IMG/VR virus record: IMGVR_UViG_3300045988_093898
Location: 1-58,829 of that record
Direction: 5' to 3' (one strand)
Length of the DNA: 58,829 nucleotides
DNA from: a virus
Below the pieces are notes generated by a model, which was not told the DNA's origin, searched no databases, and saw only the letters and a list, made by a program, of their open reading frames with translations. The position numbers and the translations under genes are program-made. Positions 1 through 9,602 of this stretch are shown here, piece by piece. The first letter of the stretch is position 1. Each line of letters opens with the position of its first letter.

Positions 1-47
1 GATTTATGCCAATGGGAAATGGCAGAAGAAAGTATGTGTCATTGATT
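1..47. repeat. Terminal direct repeat identical to 58783..58829 (assembly overlap of a circular or circularly permuted genome; unit length 58782 bp)
   Basis: Read directly: gatttatgccaatgggaaatggcagaagaaagtatgtgtcattgatt occurs at both ends. An ORF starting at 58727 continues in frame into 2..187. Confidence 0.95.
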
Positions 48-187
48 ATCACGCACAATGTAGTAGCAAAGATGGCATAAATGTTACTTGCAAATTTGAT
101 AAACTGAAAACTGATAAAAACGGTTCGGCTATCTACGATGAAGCTAAAAAAGATTTTGCAAAAGAACACATAGTTGCAAGGATTTAA
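2..187 (+). CDS. 3' part of a small basic protein gene that starts at 58727 (gene spans the circular junction)
   Basis: Frame beginning at base 2 is open to TAA 185-187. It continues the reading frame of 58727..58829 through the 47-bp overlap. Confidence 0.6.
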   Translation: MYANGKWQKKVCVIDYHAQCSSKDGINVTCKFDKLKTDKNGSAIYDEAKKDFAKEHIVARI

Positions 188-198
188 GGAGCAAAGTT

Positions 199-417
199 AT
201 GAAAATATCAGAAATGAATAACTGCATTGAAGAAATGCGTAAATGTTACAAGTTTGATGATAATAAAACGGAAATAAGACTTGGCAACATATCAAGTGGT
301 GGCTGTGACATATATGTATCTGTCTGCACAAGGGACGAAAACGGAACACAGATTGAAATGACAAGGCGTGCGGATAAACTGGATGAGGAGCGAGATTATG
401 AAACACCAAGTAATTGA
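199..417 (+). CDS. hypothetical protein (72 aa)
   Basis: ORF track. AAGGAG 8 nt upstream of the ATG. Confidence 0.5.
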   Translation: MKISEMNNCIEEMRKCYKFDDNKTEIRLGNISSGGCDIYVSVCTRDENGTQIEMTRRADKLDEERDYETPSN

Positions 418-874
418 GGGAACCGAAAAAGAAATAATAAGGCTTCAAGAGGAATTAGGTAAAGCCAAATTAGGAAGAGAAGTATTGTCAAACGAGTTAC
501 TTATTTACGATGATACGATGAAAATAGATATTCTTGGAACAGAATACAGAATTGAAATCCACAAAGTATCAGAGGACAGTTACATGGAGAAAAAAGGTCT
601 TGCAGGCTATTGTGAAGAAGAAAACAAGTTGATTGTAGTTGCCGATATGTCCGAAGAAAAATATTTTGTAGGCATGGACGAAAAAGCTCAGGAAACATAT
701 CGCAAAAAGACCTTAAGACATGAAATTATGCACGCTTTTCTTAATGAGAGCGGGCTGTCTGATAGTTCAAATCGGTTTGATGGTGCATGGGCAAAGAATG
801 AGGAAATGGTTGACTGGTTTGCAATTCAAGCCCCAAAAATATTTTTTACGTTCAAGAAAATGAATATTTTGTAA
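398..874 (+). CDS. HExxH metallopeptidase-like protein
   Basis: Motif LRHEIMHAF. GAGGAG lies 7 nt upstream of ATG 398; the ORF track starts it at GTG 368. Confidence 0.55.
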   Translation: MKHQVIEGTEKEIIRLQEELGKAKLGREVLSNELLIYDDTMKIDILGTEYRIEIHKVSEDSYMEKKGLAGYCEEENKLIVVADMSEEKYFVGMDEKAQETYRKKTLRHEIMHAFLNESGLSDSSNRFDGAWAKNEEMVDWFAIQAPKIFFTFKKMNIL

Positions 875-940
875 ACATGTATTACCGGCTACAGATTGAT
901 TGTAGTCGCTACCCTAAAACAGTTATAGGCAGAGGTCTAT

Positions 941-976
941 AAGCACCTTTGCTAGAAAGCGAGGTGCTTCTTTTTT
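941..976 (+). terminator. Hairpin aagcacc/ggtgctt followed by T6; overlaps the putative terL start
   Basis: Stem 941-947 / 963-969 and T-run 971-976, read directly. Confidence 0.5.
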
Positions 977-2717
977 GGCATCTAAATATCTTAAAGAAAC
1001 AGTTCAAAGTTATGAAAATTACATAGAGAAAAATGGAATAGATGAAAGTGTTATTGATGCATACATAGAAGCGGCAGGAGTGGCAATAAATACAGAAAAG
1101 GATATTCAGTATGGATTGCAACTTACAAAGCGTTCTAAGGACTTTGTAGAGCGTTTTTGCATGAAAAAAACAGGCGGCACAATATGGAAATTGGAAAAGT
1201 ATGCGTTTGAGAATAAAGTTGAGTATGATTTAATTGATAAATATTATAAACCAACATTATATGAAGCTCAAAACAAAATTGTAGACAGTTATTTTCAGTA
1301 CATAGAGAGAAAAAGAGAGCCTAAAGACAGATTTTATATGCCACGAAGAAAGCAATTAGTAAAAATTGGGCTTATTGAGGCATTGCAAGGCATGATAGAT
1401 GATAAATATGACATTTTATGTGTTAGCTTAGTGCCGGGTGCTGGGAAAAGTACGGTTGAAAAGTTTTTTCATTCGGGCATAGCTGGTTGGTTTCCAAAAG
1501 ATTATAGTTTGTTTTATTCTCATAGCGGTGATATTACACGAATGTATTATGATGGCGTTTACGACATTGTGACAAATGACGAGGAATATGCATGGCATGA
1601 AATATTTCCAAAACTTTCAGTAACAAGCACAAATGCAAAGATGGAACAGTTTAACATAGGGAAATATAAACCATTTCCAAGCGTGCAATGCGCATCTGTA
1701 GGAAGTAAAAATGCCGGTAAAGTTCGTGCAAGTAAATTTTTACTTGTAGATGATATGATAGGCGGCATCGAGGAAGCCTTAAATCCGGTTATTCTTGATA
1801 AACTATGGAATAAGTATGCGGTAGACGCAAGACAGCGTAAGACACAAGACACGGACGGAAAGCCGTGTAAGGAGATACACATTGCTACTAGGTGGTCGGT
1901 ACATGATGTTATTGGCAGAATACAAAATATGTATGAGGAAAATCCGAGGGTTAAAGTGATTGCAGTACCGGATGTTGACCCGATTACAGGAGAGAGCAAC
2001 TTTAATTATGAATACGGAGGCTTTACAAAAGAGTTCTTTGCAGACCAACAACTTTTAATGGATGAAATCTCTTATAGATGTTTGTATAAGCAAGAACCCA
2101 TTGAGCGTGAGGGATTATTGTTTCCTGATGACAAAATACGCAGATACCTTAATTTACCACACGGAGAACCGGAGATTATTACAGGGCAATGTGATACAAA
2201 AGGAAAAGGAACGGATTATTTTGTATTGCCGGTGCTTCAAAAATATGGTGATGATTATTATTGTGTTGATTGCGTGTGTGACAATACGGCAGATTATGAA
2301 GCACAATACAGAAACGCAGCGGGTGTACTTGTAAATAATAAAGTACAGGAATGCGAATTTGAGCGTAATGCTGGTGGAGACAGAGTTGCAATGGAAGTTA
2401 ATAAGAGAGTTGAGAGCGTAGGCTGGATATGTAACATCACTGACACCCCAACGGAAACAAATAAAGAAGCAAGGATATTCCAATGTTCTAACTGGATATT
2501 ACAGCACATTATTTTTAAAGACCCCTCACTTTATAAACCTAACGAGCCATATGGAGTAATGATGTCATTATTAAAGCAGTATTCGGTGTCGGGTAAAAAA
2601 CAATTAGATGATGTACCGGATGTTTTTTCAAACTTTGCATTAAGAATAACTCAAGGAAATAGAATTTCCAAAGTTGAAGCTGCTATAAATCCATTTAGTA
2701 GCGGTAGGAGGTATTGA
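975..2717 (+). CDS. terL: terminase large subunit
   Basis: 580 aa. Walker A-like VPGAGKST, acidic LLVDDM Walker B-like motif, C-terminal nuclease-sized domain, and position upstream of the portal gene. The TTG start at 975 is uncertain because it lies in the T-run of a hairpin. Confidence 0.88.
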   Translation: MASKYLKETVQSYENYIEKNGIDESVIDAYIEAAGVAINTEKDIQYGLQLTKRSKDFVERFCMKKTGGTIWKLEKYAFENKVEYDLIDKYYKPTLYEAQNKIVDSYFQYIERKREPKDRFYMPRRKQLVKIGLIEALQGMIDDKYDILCVSLVPGAGKSTVEKFFHSGIAGWFPKDYSLFYSHSGDITRMYYDGVYDIVTNDEEYAWHEIFPKLSVTSTNAKMEQFNIGKYKPFPSVQCASVGSKNAGKVRASKFLLVDDMIGGIEEALNPVILDKLWNKYAVDARQRKTQDTDGKPCKEIHIATRWSVHDVIGRIQNMYEENPRVKVIAVPDVDPITGESNFNYEYGGFTKEFFADQQLLMDEISYRCLYKQEPIEREGLLFPDDKIRRYLNLPHGEPEIITGQCDTKGKGTDYFVLPVLQKYGDDYYCVDCVCDNTADYEAQYRNAAGVLVNNKVQECEFERNAGGDRVAMEVNKRVESVGWICNITDTPTETNKEARIFQCSNWILQHIIFKDPSLYKPNEPYGVMMSLLKQYSVSGKKQLDDVPDVFSNFALRITQGNRISKVEAAINPFSSGRRY

Positions 2718-2720
2718 CAT

Positions 2721-3146
2721 ATGACGACAAAAGACTATCTTAATCAAATCAATAGATTAAATATGCTGATAAATAATAAATTACTGGAAATTTCACAATA
2801 TAGAGAATTGTCTTGTAGTATATCGGCAGTAAAAAATGAAGAAAAGGTTATGACAAGTCCTAACCAAGACAAAATTGGTACAAACATAGCTAAAATTGAT
2901 GAAATGGAACGAAAACTTGATGAAATCATAGATGATTATATAACACTGAAGGAAAAAATAAAGCAACAAATAAATAAACTTCCTAAAAAAAGACATAAAA
3001 TAATTTTATATGAAAAATATATAAAATTTAAAAGTATTTCAGAAATTTCAAAAAAAATGGATATGACAGACAGAGGATGTAAAAAAGCACATAAAAAAGC
3101 GTTGGAAGAATTTGAAAAAATAAATAAAATACAATATACAGTATAG
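2721..3146 (+). CDS. DUF1492 / sigma-70 region-4-like phage transcriptional regulator
   Basis: N-terminal KDYLNQINRLNMLINNK coiled segment. C-terminal HTH-like KRHKIILYEKYIKFKSISEISKKMDMTDRGCKKAHKKALEEF. Confidence 0.5.
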   Translation: MTTKDYLNQINRLNMLINNKLLEISQYRELSCSISAVKNEEKVMTSPNQDKIGTNIAKIDEMERKLDEIIDDYITLKEKIKQQINKLPKKRHKIILYEKYIKFKSISEISKKMDMTDRGCKKAHKKALEEFEKINKIQYTV

Positions 3147-3149
3147 GTA

Positions 3150-3179
3150 TTGACAGTTCACTACTATATGTAGTATAAT
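3150..3179 (+). promoter_or_regulatory. sigma-A type promoter (TTGACA, 18-nt spacer, TATAAT)
   Basis: TTGACA 3150-3155 and TATAAT 3174-3179. Followed by a hairpin-rich leader (tatggga ... tcccata) before 3286. Confidence 0.55.
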
Positions 3180-3285
3180 TGTAATATGAAAAAATATGGG
3201 ATAGGGTAGCTCCCGACAAAGATAAAAGCCTATTATCTTTCCCATATCATAATAAATAGGTGTTTGCAGAAAGGCAGTAGACAAT

Positions 3286-3909
3286 ATGAGTAAAATAGAA
3301 GCAGAACTTGACGGTATAGAAACTGAATATGACCCGAATTATGGAAGTCGTGGCAGACGTGGGACATATTTGTATAAAATACCATGTGCTATATGTGGGA
3401 AAATAGTAAGAAGAGTTTGTTATACTAGGACAATTACATATTTATGTGATTATTGTAAAACAACGATAAGAAAGAAAAAAGAAATATCAAAAGAACTTTT
3501 GGAAGTGAAAACTCCGAAAGAAAAACAATTTGATAAGGCGGTAAACAAAATTAAAAAACAAGTTTTTGATTTTAGTTTGTACGAAAAAGCAATTAAAATT
3601 GCAGAAATAAGACAAGAATTATACGGCAGTATTCCAGAAGCGATGGTTGCAATCGAATTGCTGAGGTTGGGATACAGCATAATACCTCAGCAAAAGATAA
3701 AGAAATATAAAGTTGACTTTGCTATTCCAAAAGAAAAGATTATTATAGAAGTAGACGGCTCGTTGTATCATAAAGATGTATATAAAGGAGAAAGAGAAGC
3801 TATAATACAATTATCTTTAGGGCTTGACTGGAAAATCATTCATGTTCCAGCAGAAAAAATAGCAGAAAATATTACTAAACTGAAACAAGTCATAGAAGTT
3901 TTGAAATAA
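3286..3909 (+). CDS. zinc-ribbon + DUF559/Vsr-like (restriction-endonuclease fold) endonuclease domain protein
   Basis: N-terminal CxxC...CxxC. C-terminal KVDFAIPKEKIIIEVDGSLYHK ... IHVPAEKI pattern typical of DUF559. Confidence 0.5.
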   Translation: MSKIEAELDGIETEYDPNYGSRGRRGTYLYKIPCAICGKIVRRVCYTRTITYLCDYCKTTIRKKKEISKELLEVKTPKEKQFDKAVNKIKKQVFDFSLYEKAIKIAEIRQELYGSIPEAMVAIELLRLGYSIIPQQKIKKYKVDFAIPKEKIIIEVDGSLYHKDVYKGEREAIIQLSLGLDWKIIHVPAEKIAENITKLKQVIEVLK

Positions 3910-3976
3910 AATAAAATCTTTTCGGTGCGTATCACTTTTTAACAGGCGGTACGCATTTTTTGATGGAGAAAACAGA

Positions 3977-4168
3977 ATGAAAAGCAAAATGATATATTGT
4001 CCTCAATGCAGGCGAAAAGTCGCTACATATGATGGGCGAGCAACGATAAATAAAATTGCAAAATGCAAAAAATGTAATTTACAAGTTATTTATGATGTTG
4101 CAAGGGATGAAACAACAGTTAAGCCGTTACCAAAAAGAGAAACATCTAGCGGTGCTGTTTTATATTAG
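3977..4168 (+). CDS. Com-like zinc-ribbon protein
   Basis: 63 aa. CPQC..(21)..CKKC resembles the phage Mu Com layout. Lies immediately upstream of the portal gene. Confidence 0.4.
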   Translation: MKSKMIYCPQCRRKVATYDGRATINKIAKCKKCNLQVIYDVARDETTVKPLPKRETSSGAVLY

Positions 4169-4176
4169 GAGGGAAT

Positions 4177-5640
4177 ATGCGGAACACAAGACCTCTGAGA
4201 GATATTATAAAAGGAAATTACGGCAGAAAAGTATTATATACTACTGCGGAGACAATAACACAGAACAACATATTAAAGGTTGTCGGTGATGCTATCGGAA
4301 ATTTCTATTATAACAAAACAATAATCGATTATTTGTGGCGATATTACAAAGGCGACCAACCGGTATTGTACAGAACAAAAGTTGCAAATGATGATATTAT
4401 AAACAAAATTGTAGAAAATCATGCATATGAGATAGTGCAATTCAAAGTCGGGCAAACTTATGGGGAGCCGGTACAGTTTGTGAGTAGAAAAGATGATGAT
4501 GCCGTAAATAATGCTGTTGATGAACTTAACGACTATATGTCAGATGCAAATAAACAAGAAAAAGACATTAAGTCGGGTGAATGGCAGTCGGCAACAGGAA
4601 CATCATTCAAAGCGTTACAGTTTTCAGATGGCGACATACCATTCAGAATTGTGTGTCCTACACCCATAAATACTTTTGTAGTTTATAATTTAAGTACAGA
4701 AGAACCCATGCTTGCAGTACAAGAATTAAAGGACTTTGAGGGCAATTATTACAAGTTGTGCTACACAGATACAAGTTCATGTATCATTAGAGATGGTGTT
4801 GTATCTGACTGGAAACTACATGGTTTTGGAAGTATTCCTATCGTTGAGTTTCCAAACAATCACGAAAGATTGTCTGATATTGAAATTGTTATTGATATGT
4901 TAGATGCAATTAACAATATGCAGTCTAACAGAATGGATGGAGTTGAACAGTTTGTTCAGTATTGGGTTAAGTTTATAAATTGCGAGATTGACGAAGAAAC
5001 ATTTGCAAAAATGAAAGAAAGCCATGCACTTGCGGTCAAATCAATCAATAAAGACAATAAATCAGATGTTGACATTATGACGCAAGAACTTAATCAAACA
5101 CAATGTCAAGTTGCGAAAGATGACTTGTGGGACAATACATTATCCATTTTGGCTATACCGAACAAAAATAACAATAACAGCGGCGGCGATACGCAAGGGG
5201 CTGTACAGCTAAGAAATGGATGGGACTTTTCTAAAACTAGAGCAAAGTTAAAAGACCCGATTGTTAAGTCAGCAGAAAAACGGCTTGCTAAAGTAGCTTT
5301 AAATATTATTCGTATTAAAGACCACGATTTAGGTATAACCTTAAGAGATTTTGATGTGCAGATAAATCACAGTCCACAGGATAATATGTACACTAAGGCT
5401 CAGACATTGTTACAGCTTTTACAGTGCGGTATACATCCACTTATAGCCATTAAAACTGTAGGATTGTGGGGAGATGCAGAAAAGACATTCTTGCTATCAC
5501 AGCCATACATTGATAATTTATGGAAAACTATTGATGATGTAGAAGCACAGGAACAAAAAGCACAAGAGATAATGCAACAAATGAACAGTAACAATGAAGT
5601 AAATAATGATAATAACAAAAATGAAGCAGTTATCGAGTAA
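4177..5640 (+). CDS. portal protein (SPP1 gp6-like)
   Basis: 487 aa. Position after the terminase region and before the scaffold; acidic N/Q-rich C-terminus. Confidence 0.82.
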   Translation: MRNTRPLRDIIKGNYGRKVLYTTAETITQNNILKVVGDAIGNFYYNKTIIDYLWRYYKGDQPVLYRTKVANDDIINKIVENHAYEIVQFKVGQTYGEPVQFVSRKDDDAVNNAVDELNDYMSDANKQEKDIKSGEWQSATGTSFKALQFSDGDIPFRIVCPTPINTFVVYNLSTEEPMLAVQELKDFEGNYYKLCYTDTSSCIIRDGVVSDWKLHGFGSIPIVEFPNNHERLSDIEIVIDMLDAINNMQSNRMDGVEQFVQYWVKFINCEIDEETFAKMKESHALAVKSINKDNKSDVDIMTQELNQTQCQVAKDDLWDNTLSILAIPNKNNNNSGGDTQGAVQLRNGWDFSKTRAKLKDPIVKSAEKRLAKVALNIIRIKDHDLGITLRDFDVQINHSPQDNMYTKAQTLLQLLQCGIHPLIAIKTVGLWGDAEKTFLLSQPYIDNLWKTIDDVEAQEQKAQEIMQQMNSNNEVNNDNNKNEAVIE

Positions 5641-5755
5641 TCGGTAGCTGTTTTTATTTTATAAAAATTCGCAATGCCGTGAGCGTATAAACCGGCAATG
5701 TCAACCGGTGTCGTTGCACCGTATAAAAATTCGTAGGACATAACGGAGGTAATTT

Positions 5756-6310
5756 ATGAAGAGAGAAGAACTGACAGCTATGGGTTTGACTGATGAACAG
5801 ATTGAAAAAATCATTGCTGAGAATAGCAAGGATGTTCAGGCAGCAAACGCAAAGGCAAACAAAAACAGTGAAGAGTTGACAAGACTGCGTGAGTTGGAAA
5901 AGGAATACACAGCCATGAAAGATAAGGATTTATCCGATTCGGAAAGACTGCAAAAAGACCTTGATTCTGCAAATGCAAAAATCGCAGAACTTGAAAAGAC
6001 ACAAGCTATTGCAAATCAAAGAAGCAATGCGGCATCCAAGTTTAACATTTCTGCTGAACAGGCGGCACAGGTTATCAAAGATGACGGCAGTTTTGACTAC
6101 GAAGTACTCGGAAAAATTATCTCTGATAAAGAAACCGCTGCGGCACAGGCTAAGGAACAGGAGATTGCAAACAATACGACAAATCCGGGCGGCAGCAGTG
6201 CAGGTAGTGATAAAGGAACTGAAAAACCGGCAGATGTTGAAAATGCCGAAAAGATAACTTTCGGAGAAGCATCAGCCAACAATGAAGCAAAAAATGAATA
6301 TGTTTTATAG
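5756..6310 (+). CDS. capsid scaffolding protein
   Basis: 184 aa, highly charged alpha-helical sequence (MKREELTAMGLTDEQIEKIIAEN...), located between portal and capsid. Confidence 0.72.
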   Translation: MKREELTAMGLTDEQIEKIIAENSKDVQAANAKANKNSEELTRLRELEKEYTAMKDKDLSDSERLQKDLDSANAKIAELEKTQAIANQRSNAASKFNISAEQAAQVIKDDGSFDYEVLGKIISDKETAAAQAKEQEIANNTTNPGGSSAGSDKGTEKPADVENAEKITFGEASANNEAKNEYVL

Positions 6311-6320
6311 GAGGTAAACA

Positions 6321-6665
6321 ATGGGAAAACCTATTGAAAGAGATTTCACACAAAGTAAAGGGATTTTGAAATTTTTCCCTTATGAGGGTGCGGCGTGCAT
6401 AGTACCGCAGACGATGGTAGCTGATGCGGACACAAATGGCCGCAAGATTGTTAAAGCGGGAACACCATTCCCTAGCAATGACAAGGATTGCGTAGGTTAT
6501 CTGCTTAAAGATGTAGATGTAACGCAGGGTGACGCACCAGGAACATATGTATATCAGGGAACTATCGACTGGGAAAAAGTGAAAGGACTTTCAATCGCAG
6601 AAGCGGCTAGAAAGGCAACACCTAGAGTAACTTTTTACGGTGCAACAGCATTAGCAGGCGAATAA
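6321..6665 (+). CDS. head decoration-like protein
   Basis: 114 aa, directly upstream of an E-family capsid gene. The VGYLLKDVD...TYVYQGTIDWEKV pattern resembles lambda gpD-like proteins. Confidence 0.5.
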   Translation: MGKPIERDFTQSKGILKFFPYEGAACIVPQTMVADADTNGRKIVKAGTPFPSNDKDCVGYLLKDVDVTQGDAPGTYVYQGTIDWEKVKGLSIAEAARKATPRVTFYGATALAGE

Positions 6666-6683
6666 TAGGAGGTAAATAGAACT

Positions 6684-7778
6684 ATGGCAGCATTACCATT
6701 ATCAGAAGCATTTACAGCGAGAAGTCTTGGTGTAATGTGGAATAATTATGAAAAAACTTTAGGTTCTGCCCCTTATCTTGGCAGACAGAAGTTTGGAACA
6801 AGAAAACAGGATTCACTTGAACTTAGATTTATCAAAGGCAAAAGTGGACTTCCAGTATCGTTAAAGGCATCTAACTTTGATGCGCAGGCAGAGCTAAGAG
6901 ATGCAGGTGGTTTCTCCGACATTCAGAACAAAATGCCGTTCTATCGTGAAAGTTATATGGTCACAGAGGAAGAAGAACAGGAGTACGCAAACTATCAAAG
7001 TGCTGAAAACTCTAGCCTTGCAAATCAGGTACTTAGAGAAATTAGCAAGAAGCCTATGAACCTCATTGAGGGAGCGTTAGTAGTCCCTGAGCGTCAGATT
7101 TGGAACTTGTTAGCACCAGCAGATGGAGTTCCAAAAATTCCGGTTACGATTGGTGGAAAGAACTACAATGTTGAATATACATTAGACAGTGGAGTGGAAC
7201 ATAAGAAAGACCATTTTATCGAAATTCAGACGCCAGCTGATAAGTGGGATGCGCCGACAACGGCAACACCCCTCGACGACCTTATACAGGCAAGAAGAAC
7301 ATTTGCAAAGAAAACAGGTTATTCACTGACAAGATTTACTATGAATACAGAAACTTTTGAGAAACTTCTTGAAGCTGAGGACACAAAGAAGCAGGTACTT
7401 GGAATTGCGGCATATCAAGGTGGTATTAGAGTACAGCAGGGACAGGTTGTTGATTATCTGAAAGGCTATGGCATTGAGATTGAAGTTTACGACAAACTTT
7501 ACATCGACCCAGCAGACGGTCAGACAAAATATTTTGTACCGACAGGTGTTATTTGTGCTCAATCGGGCGGTGTGTATCTCGGAGATTATGTGTTTGGCAG
7601 AACTCCTGAGGAAAGAAGTGGAAGTCTTACAGACGGAAATCTTTCTATTGTGGAAACTGGTATCGCTGTTTACACATATGCTACAAATCATCCTATCAAT
7701 ACTCATTGTGTAGTATCTATGATTGGATTGCCTACTTTTGAGGGCATGGACAGCGTTGTAGTAATGAAAGTAATGTAG
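6684..7778 (+). CDS. major capsid protein (lambda gpE-like family)
   Basis: 364 aa with strong RBS AGGAGG, in the expected position. The C-terminal pattern (...YFVPTGVI...SMIGLPTFEGMDSVVV) resembles Phage_cap_E. Confidence 0.82.
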   Translation: MAALPLSEAFTARSLGVMWNNYEKTLGSAPYLGRQKFGTRKQDSLELRFIKGKSGLPVSLKASNFDAQAELRDAGGFSDIQNKMPFYRESYMVTEEEEQEYANYQSAENSSLANQVLREISKKPMNLIEGALVVPERQIWNLLAPADGVPKIPVTIGGKNYNVEYTLDSGVEHKKDHFIEIQTPADKWDAPTTATPLDDLIQARRTFAKKTGYSLTRFTMNTETFEKLLEAEDTKKQVLGIAAYQGGIRVQQGQVVDYLKGYGIEIEVYDKLYIDPADGQTKYFVPTGVICAQSGGVYLGDYVFGRTPEERSGSLTDGNLSIVETGIAVYTYATNHPINTHCVVSMIGLPTFEGMDSVVVMKVM

Positions 7779-7788
7779 GAGGTGCTAC

Positions 7789-8013
7789 ATGAAAGCGACA
7801 CACACTATTAAGTACAACGGAAAATGGTATAACGCAGGTCAAAAAGTTCCCAAAGATAAACAGGGGGCTTCTTTTGCTTATACCAAAACAGACATAAATC
7901 GTATGAGCACTGCCGACCTACAGGCACTTGCATCTGAAAACGGAATTTTAGATGCTGACAGTTTTAGCGGTGCTGATTTGAAAAGTATGTTAATCGAGAA
8001 ATTCAATTTGTAG
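7789..8013 (+). CDS. hypothetical head-module protein (74 aa) with SAP/Rho-N-like C-terminal motif
   Basis: ORF track with RBS AGGAGGTG. Motif STADLQALASENGIL...LKSMLIEKF. Confidence 0.5.
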   Translation: MKATHTIKYNGKWYNAGQKVPKDKQGASFAYTKTDINRMSTADLQALASENGILDADSFSGADLKSMLIEKFNL

Positions 8014-8024
8014 GAGGTAATCAT

Positions 8025-8507
8025 ATGGAATTCATAGATGCTTTAGAGTTGTTGAAACAGGGTAAAAAAATAAAATTACCTAGTTGGAGTGGCTACTGGG
8101 TAAGGGAAGATAATACAGTAAAAATGTATTGTAAAGATGGTAATGTATTGGATATAAGAGAAACAGAAGATGTATTTTATACATTATCTAATATTGCATC
8201 AGAAAATTGGAAAGTGGCAGAAGATGAAGAAATTCATTTAGATGTGCATACTTTTACTTTCGGAGAAGCAATCCGTAGATTAAAAACAGGACAGAAAGTT
8301 GCACGAAAAGGTTGGAATGGCAAGAAACAGTATATTCAGTTGGCAACAGGCATCTCTTATAAAACAGGAGATGATGAAATTGTAAATTGCGAACATGATG
8401 CGATAGGTAATAAAGCAATTGCTTTTGTCGGAACATCTGGTGTACAGATGGGCTGGCTTGCATCACAGGCTGATATGCTTGCAGAGGATTGGATTGTTGT
8501 AGAATAG
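8025..8507 (+). CDS. tandem DUF2829 (Tad2-like) domain protein
   Basis: Two repeats of the F..A...LK.G.K+....W motif: FIDALELLKQGKKIKLPSW and FGEAIRRLKTGQKVARKGWNGK. C-terminal WLASQADMLAEDWIVV is typical of DUF2829. Confidence 0.62.
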   Translation: MEFIDALELLKQGKKIKLPSWSGYWVREDNTVKMYCKDGNVLDIRETEDVFYTLSNIASENWKVAEDEEIHLDVHTFTFGEAIRRLKTGQKVARKGWNGKKQYIQLATGISYKTGDDEIVNCEHDAIGNKAIAFVGTSGVQMGWLASQADMLAEDWIVVE

Positions 8508-8523
8508 AAAGTGAGGCTTAAAT

Positions 8524-8916
8524 ATGGAATTGAACAAAGCAGAATATACGATTTTAGCACAAGTCAAAATCAGACTTAAACAATTTCATATGGAAACTGT
8601 CACAAATGAAGATGATACAACAAAGGATGTAGCCGTGTTTGATAACAAAGAAGATGATTTGCTCATTGAACAGCTTATTAAACAGGCTACAGAAGATGTT
8701 AAGAACAGGAGAAATTACCCCGACAGCTACACGGAAAAAATGATAACAGAGGACTTGAAACAGTTCGAGGGAGTTATCGTTAATCTTGTTGTGTATGACC
8801 ATTCACAGGCGGGCGAAGAATTTATGGCAAGTTTTGGCGAAAATGGTGTAAGTCGAACATGGAAAGACAGAGACAGCTTATTTGTCGGGGTATTTCCTTT
8901 TGTAAAAATGTTATAA
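8524..8916 (+). CDS. head-tail connector (gp6-like)
   Basis: 130 aa, positioned after the capsid genes. The LIEQLIKQATEDVKNRRN pattern is typical of gp6-like connectors. Confidence 0.55.
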   Translation: MELNKAEYTILAQVKIRLKQFHMETVTNEDDTTKDVAVFDNKEDDLLIEQLIKQATEDVKNRRNYPDSYTEKMITEDLKQFEGVIVNLVVYDHSQAGEEFMASFGENGVSRTWKDRDSLFVGVFPFVKML

Positions 8917-9027
8917 ACATTAAAAAGAAGATTGTGCGTACCATATACGTGAGGTCACGAAAATGGTGCAGGCGATACACTTTAAAGGGTGGTGGGCGGT
9001 GTATCAAAATTATACAGGAGATATAAA

Positions 9028-9333
9028 ATGCAAGATATTTTATTACAAACATATATAATAGCATTACCGATTTTTTTGGGCTATATTGTTTGGCTTCTAA
9101 AACAACAAAAAAATGATAAAGACGCAAATAGCAAAGGAACTATGTTGCTATTGCGTGTACAACTTATCGAATACCACGATAAGTATATGAAAATTGGTGA
9201 AATGCCCTCTTATGCGTATGACAATTTTGTTGAAATGTATAACGCATATCACGCACTTGGCGGTAATGGCATGGTAACCAAAATGTATAACGAAATACAA
9301 GAAATTCATTTAAAGAATGGAGGTAAAGACTAA
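9028..9333 (+). CDS. single-pass membrane protein (holin-associated?)
   Basis: N-terminal TM segment LLQTYIIALPIFLGYIVWLL. GGAG lies upstream of ATG 9028. Stop overlaps the holin start (TAATG). Confidence 0.5.
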   Translation: MQDILLQTYIIALPIFLGYIVWLLKQQKNDKDANSKGTMLLLRVQLIEYHDKYMKIGEMPSYAYDNFVEMYNAYHALGGNGMVTKMYNEIQEIHLKNGGKD

Positions 9334-9602
9334 TGGATATAACATCAGTATCAACAGTAGTTGCCATTGTCGTGATTACATATCTTATCGGGTATGCGGC
9401 AAAGCAGATACCACAGATAAAAGATAACCTTATTCCGGTTATTGTAGGCATAGCAGGAGCAGTCTTGGGCGTTATTGGTATGTATATCATACCTGATTTC
9501 CCAGCAAGTGACATTCTCAATGCTATTGCTGTCGGAATTGTTTCGGGATTGTCCAGTACCGGTATAAATCAGATTTATAAGCAAGGAAAAACAAATGCTT
9601 GA
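9333..9602 (+). CDS. holin
   Basis: 89 aa with three hydrophobic segments and a charged C-terminus. NAIAVGIVSGLSSTGINQIYKQ resembles Gram-positive phage holins. Confidence 0.68.
   Translation: MDITSVSTVVAIVVITYLIGYAAKQIPQIKDNLIPVIVGIAGAVLGVIGMYIIPDFPASDILNAIAVGIVSGLSSTGINQIYKQGKTNA

Noticed and set aside
1559-2509. Minus-strand ORFs inside the large terminase gene
   Set aside because: Shadow ORFs antisense to a confidently assigned gene.
4056-4289. 77-aa ORF overlapping the Com-like and portal genes
   Set aside because: It is out of frame with both better-supported genes, has no RBS and has a basic, junk-like sequence.
5400-5741. 113-aa minus-strand ORF at the portal 3' end
   Set aside because: Antisense shadow ORF spanning the portal stop and the intergenic region. 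There are no expression signals.
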